Shown here piece by piece: positions 61,310 to 64,000 of a DNA stretch of 64,000 nt. The notes under the pieces were generated by a model. That model was not told the origin of the DNA and ran no database searches. It saw only the letters and a list, made by a program, of their open reading frames with translations. A program made the translations under genes and the position numbers. Origin of the DNA: an uncultured delta proteobacterium (GTDB lineage Bacteria > Desulfobacterota > Binatia > UBA9968); contig CAVTUQ010000003.1 in assembly GCA_963737905.1 (NCBI GenBank), positions 38,485 through 102,484 on the forward strand, in the 5' to 3' direction. Numbering within the stretch: position 1 is the stretch's first letter; the number at the start of each line of letters is the position of its first letter.

Positions 61310-61705
61310 CTAGTACTGCTTCGTTAGATGGGACGCGGGCCGTGGCTTGCGGGTAATGCGATAACTGTCGAGGTCGGGTCTCAACCGCCGGCCCATGGGA
61401 TCTTTTCCCAACCATCGCCTCAACGCTCCAATGGGAGTTACAATAGCATAGAACACTACACCTAAAATGATCCTCGTATTGATCCAACCTAAGACCTCCC
61501 CGATCCACATCCACCCTTTGTAAGCCCAGGTCAAGCTCCTGGGAAAAACGGCGGCCGGAACCAGAAGACATCCCGCCACCACGACAGCCCACCAGCGCGG
61601 ACTCTCAGCACGAATAATCAGCGGCCATAAACCGATAAGAGCGAAGATGCCGCCCACGGTAAAGCCGAAAGACCGTAATTGCTTGATTGTGATTTCGTTT
61701 AGCAA
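61310..61705 (-). CDS. SxtJ-family membrane protein
   Basis: LRSFG, WMWIGEVLGWINTRIIL, TPIG, GKDPM, DSYR, QY terminus. Confidence 0.9.
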   Translation of the reverse strand: MLNEITIKQLRSFGFTVGGIFALIGLWPLIIRAESPRWWAVVVAGCLLVPAAVFPRSLTWAYKGWMWIGEVLGWINTRIILGVVFYAIVTPIGALRRWLGKDPMGRRLRPDLDSYRITRKPRPASHLTKQY

Positions 61706-61713
61706 CGTTCACT

Positions 61714-61851
61714 CCGTAAGCTGTGAGCAGGAAAGGGTAAGCAGTCAGCAGTGAGCAATGAGCAGTTCAAACTCTACAGTGAACAGCAAGCGGTGGGACC
61801 GCTGCTGTTTCCCGCTTACCGTTTTTCTGCTTACTGCCTGCCGCTTACTGT
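61714..61851. repeat. Inverted 7-mer arrays downstream of the second four-helix gene
   Basis: gtaagct-gtgagca-ggaaagg-gtaagca-gtcagca-gtgagca-atgagca versus gcttacc...gcttactgcctgccgcttactg. Confidence 0.85.
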
Positions 61852-62213
61852 CTTCTGTTCACTGATTTTCTCAGTCCATAGGTAAGGGCAAGGCACTCAT
61901 CGAGCGGCCGGTAAACACGATCGTAATCAGTCCCTGTCACATACCCGAGGCGTAGCGCCAGCTCTAGTTGAGTATCTATCTCGTTGAGGGAACCGATCGC
62001 GTTGGACAAATAGTTCGAAAATTGTTGTCTGGTGCGACCGGCAGCACCCTCGGCGATGTTTGATGGCGCCGACACACCTGCGCGCCTTAATTGCGAAGTT
62101 AACGCGTATAATTCTTCTTGCGGGAATGCTCTCGTTAGCTCATAAACGCTAACCGCGAAATCCATCGTCTTCTGCCAGGCCATGAGGTTTCGGTGGGGCT
62201 TTTTACTGTTCAT
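61845..62213 (-). CDS. Four-helix-bundle protein (23S-rRNA-IVS/Avd-like family), second copy
   Basis: LMAWQK...FPQEELYALTSQLRRAGVSAPSNIAEG...AIGSLNEIDTQL. Confidence 0.93.
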   Translation of the reverse strand: MNSKKPHRNLMAWQKTMDFAVSVYELTRAFPQEELYALTSQLRRAGVSAPSNIAEGAAGRTRQQFSNYLSNAIGSLNEIDTQLELALRLGYVTGTDYDRVYRPLDECLALTYGLRKSVNRRQ

Positions 62214-62231
62214 TGTTCGCTCCGTTGTGGT

Positions 62232-62317
62232 CTATTGCTGTTTACCGCCCACGGCTCACTGTCTTACTCACTCTCTTGGTCTCTTACTGCTTCCTGCTCA
62301 CTGCTTCCTGCTTACTC
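62232..62317. repeat. 7-mer array (CTYACTG) upstream of the second four-helix gene
   Basis: cttactg-cttcctg-ctcactg-cttcctg-cttactc. Confidence 0.88.
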
Positions 62318-62318
62318 T

Positions 62319-64000
62319 TTAGTCAAGCTCGAATTCCTGCTGCCAGTTGGTATCCTCCTCTAAAGGTTTCTGGTCGGCTTTATACAGCAGACAATTTTCC
62401 AACACCAAAATGTCGATCGCGGTACGCATGAAGCAGCGATAGGCGTCTTCCGGCGTACACACGATCGGCTCGCTCCGAACATTGAAGGACGTATTGACGA
62501 GCAGACCACAGCCGGTCTTGGCTTCGAAGGCTTTTAGTAATCTGTAATAGCGTGGATTCGTTTCCTTGTGCACGGTTTGAATTCGGGCTGAGTAATCCAC
62601 GTGGGTGGCAGCTGGAATGTCCGACTTCGGAACATTCAAGAGATCGATCCCCCAGAGCGATTGCTGTTCGTTGGTCGGCATGATCCGCCGCTTTTCCAAG
62701 ACGGGTGCAACAAGCAGCATATAGGGACTGTCGGTATCGAGGTTGAAGTAATCCGATACTCGTTCGCGCAGCACCGAAGGGGCGAACGGCCGGAACGATT
62801 CCCGAAACTTTATTTTGAGATTCATGACCGATTGCATTTTGGGATTGCGCGCATCGCCCAGGATACTGCGGGCGCCCAATGCCCGCGGGCCAAATTCCAT
62901 CCGGCCTTGAAACCATCCCACTACTTTTCCATCTGCCAGTTGTTCCGCCACTCGATTGAGAAGCACCTCGTCGTTTAGCCGTTCGTAAGGGGCCTCTTTA
63001 CTGCGAAGAAACTGTTCGATCTCTTCATTGGTATATGAGGGGCCCAAAAAGCTGCCTCGCATGTTATCTTTCGATCCGTCGAGACTACGAGGATGATCGT
63101 CCATTTTGTGCCAGGCGTTGAGCGCCGCGCCTACCGCACCGCCGGCGTCGCCGGCAGAGGGCTGGATCCAGAACCCCTTGAAAGGACCTTCGCGAAGAAT
63201 TCTTCCATTGGCCACGCAGTTCAACGCCACTCCTCCTGCTAGGCAGAGGTTCTCGGCACCGGTCTCGCGATGTAAGGTTTTCACCAGACGAAGGACTACT
63301 TCTTCAGTCACCTCTTGGATCGATCGCGCGAGATCCATGTCGCGTTGGGTCAGCAGAGTTTCCGGTTTTCTAGGAGCACCGCCGAACAGATCATCAAATT
63401 TGCCGTTGGTCATGGTAAGTCCCGTGCAGTAATTAAAGTAGTCAATCTTAAGCCGGAACGTCCCATCCTCTTTCAGATCAATCAGGTTGTCGTAGATCGC
63501 GCTCACATATTTTGGCTTGCCATAGGGAGCCAGGCCCATGACCTTGTATTCCCCTGAGTTGACTCTGAACCCTGTGTAATAAGTAAATGCCGAGTATAAT
63601 AATCCGAGGGAATGCGGGAAATGAATTTCCCAAAGAGGTGTTAACGTACTGCCATCTCCTAGCCACGCGGACGTGGTTGCCCACTCTCCCACGCCGTCCA
63701 TACAAAGAATGGCAGCGGACTTAAACGGCGAAGGGTAAAAAGCCGAGGCAGCGTGGGACTCGTGGTGCTCGCCGAAAAGAATCGGCGGAAGGCCTGATTT
63801 GTTAACCCCGTCCATGGATACCAGTTGGTTTTGAATCTCACTTTTCAGCAGGAGCTTCTCTTTCATCCAGACGGGCATGGCGGCTAGGAAGGATTTGATG
63901 CCTTTGGGTGAAAACGCCACATAGGTTTCCAGCAGACGCTCGAATTTGATCAGCGGCTTATCGTAGAAGACAAAGTATTTAAGATCGGTTAAGGATATGC
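62319..64000 (-). CDS. NodU/CmcH (SxtI-like) O-carbamoyltransferase, 5'-truncated by window edge
   Basis: HHESHAASAF, DGVGEW, GEYKVMGLAPYG, GGVALNCVAN, EFGPRALGARS, KFRESFRPFAP, NTSFN. Confidence 0.95.
   Translation of the reverse strand, partial: ISLTDLKYFVFYDKPLIKFERLLETYVAFSPKGIKSFLAAMPVWMKEKLLLKSEIQNQLVSMDGVNKSGLPPILFGEHHESHAASAFYPSPFKSAAILCMDGVGEWATTSAWLGDGSTLTPLWEIHFPHSLGLLYSAFTYYTGFRVNSGEYKVMGLAPYGKPKYVSAIYDNLIDLKEDGTFRLKIDYFNYCTGLTMTNGKFDDLFGGAPRKPETLLTQRDMDLARSIQEVTEEVVLRLVKTLHRETGAENLCLAGGVALNCVANGRILREGPFKGFWIQPSAGDAGGAVGAALNAWHKMDDHPRSLDGSKDNMRGSFLGPSYTNEEIEQFLRSKEAPYERLNDEVLLNRVAEQLADGKVVGWFQGRMEFGPRALGARSILGDARNPKMQSVMNLKIKFRESFRPFAPSVLRERVSDYFNLDTDSPYMLLVAPVLEKRRIMPTNEQQSLWGIDLLNVPKSDIPAATHVDYSARIQTVHKETNPRYYRLLKAFEAKTGCGLLVNTSFNVRSEPIVCTPEDAYRCFMRTAIDILVLENCLLYKADQKPLEEDTNWQQEFELD

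Noticed and set aside
61037-64000. Saxitoxin biosynthesis cluster
   Set aside because: Only I/J/K-like genes are present; no sxtA, amidinotransferase or other core genes, and the context is polysaccharide export

Overview
Bacterial chromosomal window. Gene style resembles uncultured Deltaproteobacteria/Binatia-type genomes; this is an inference only. It has four parts. (1) 1-16.8 kb is accessory and signalling: a truncated GHKL ATPase, an operon with a ~2200-aa 11-GAF histidine kinase, a single-domain receiver and a sigma-54 activator, two Phd/VapC loci (one with an amputated toxin), and sigma-54-driven small genes. (2) 17-23 kb is housekeeping: glnE, lpxA, yacG, tRNA-Gly(CCC). (3) 23-26.8 kb has a sigma-54 activator next to a PAS kinase with a degenerate ATPase domain. 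(4) 26.9-64 kb is a >37 kb minus-strand surface-glycan locus: Wzm/Wzt, PglF/E/C-like genes, RfbF, a sugar C-methyltransferase, RfbC, DUF4910, SxtI/J/K-like carbamoyl cassette, three SGNH proteins (one fused to a recently duplicated PAS pair), GT-C proteins, a UbiA/DPPR-synthase-like gene and a stand-alone A-T-TE NRPS-like gene. The least explained signal is a set of intergenic 7-, 8- and 9-nt periodic repeat arrays arranged as inverted, often nested, arms. Two of them enclose four-helix-bundle (Avd/IVS-like) genes inserted between tightly coupled glycan genes, and many others are empty. At least ten genes or gene segments carry apparent indels, probably mostly long-read errors.
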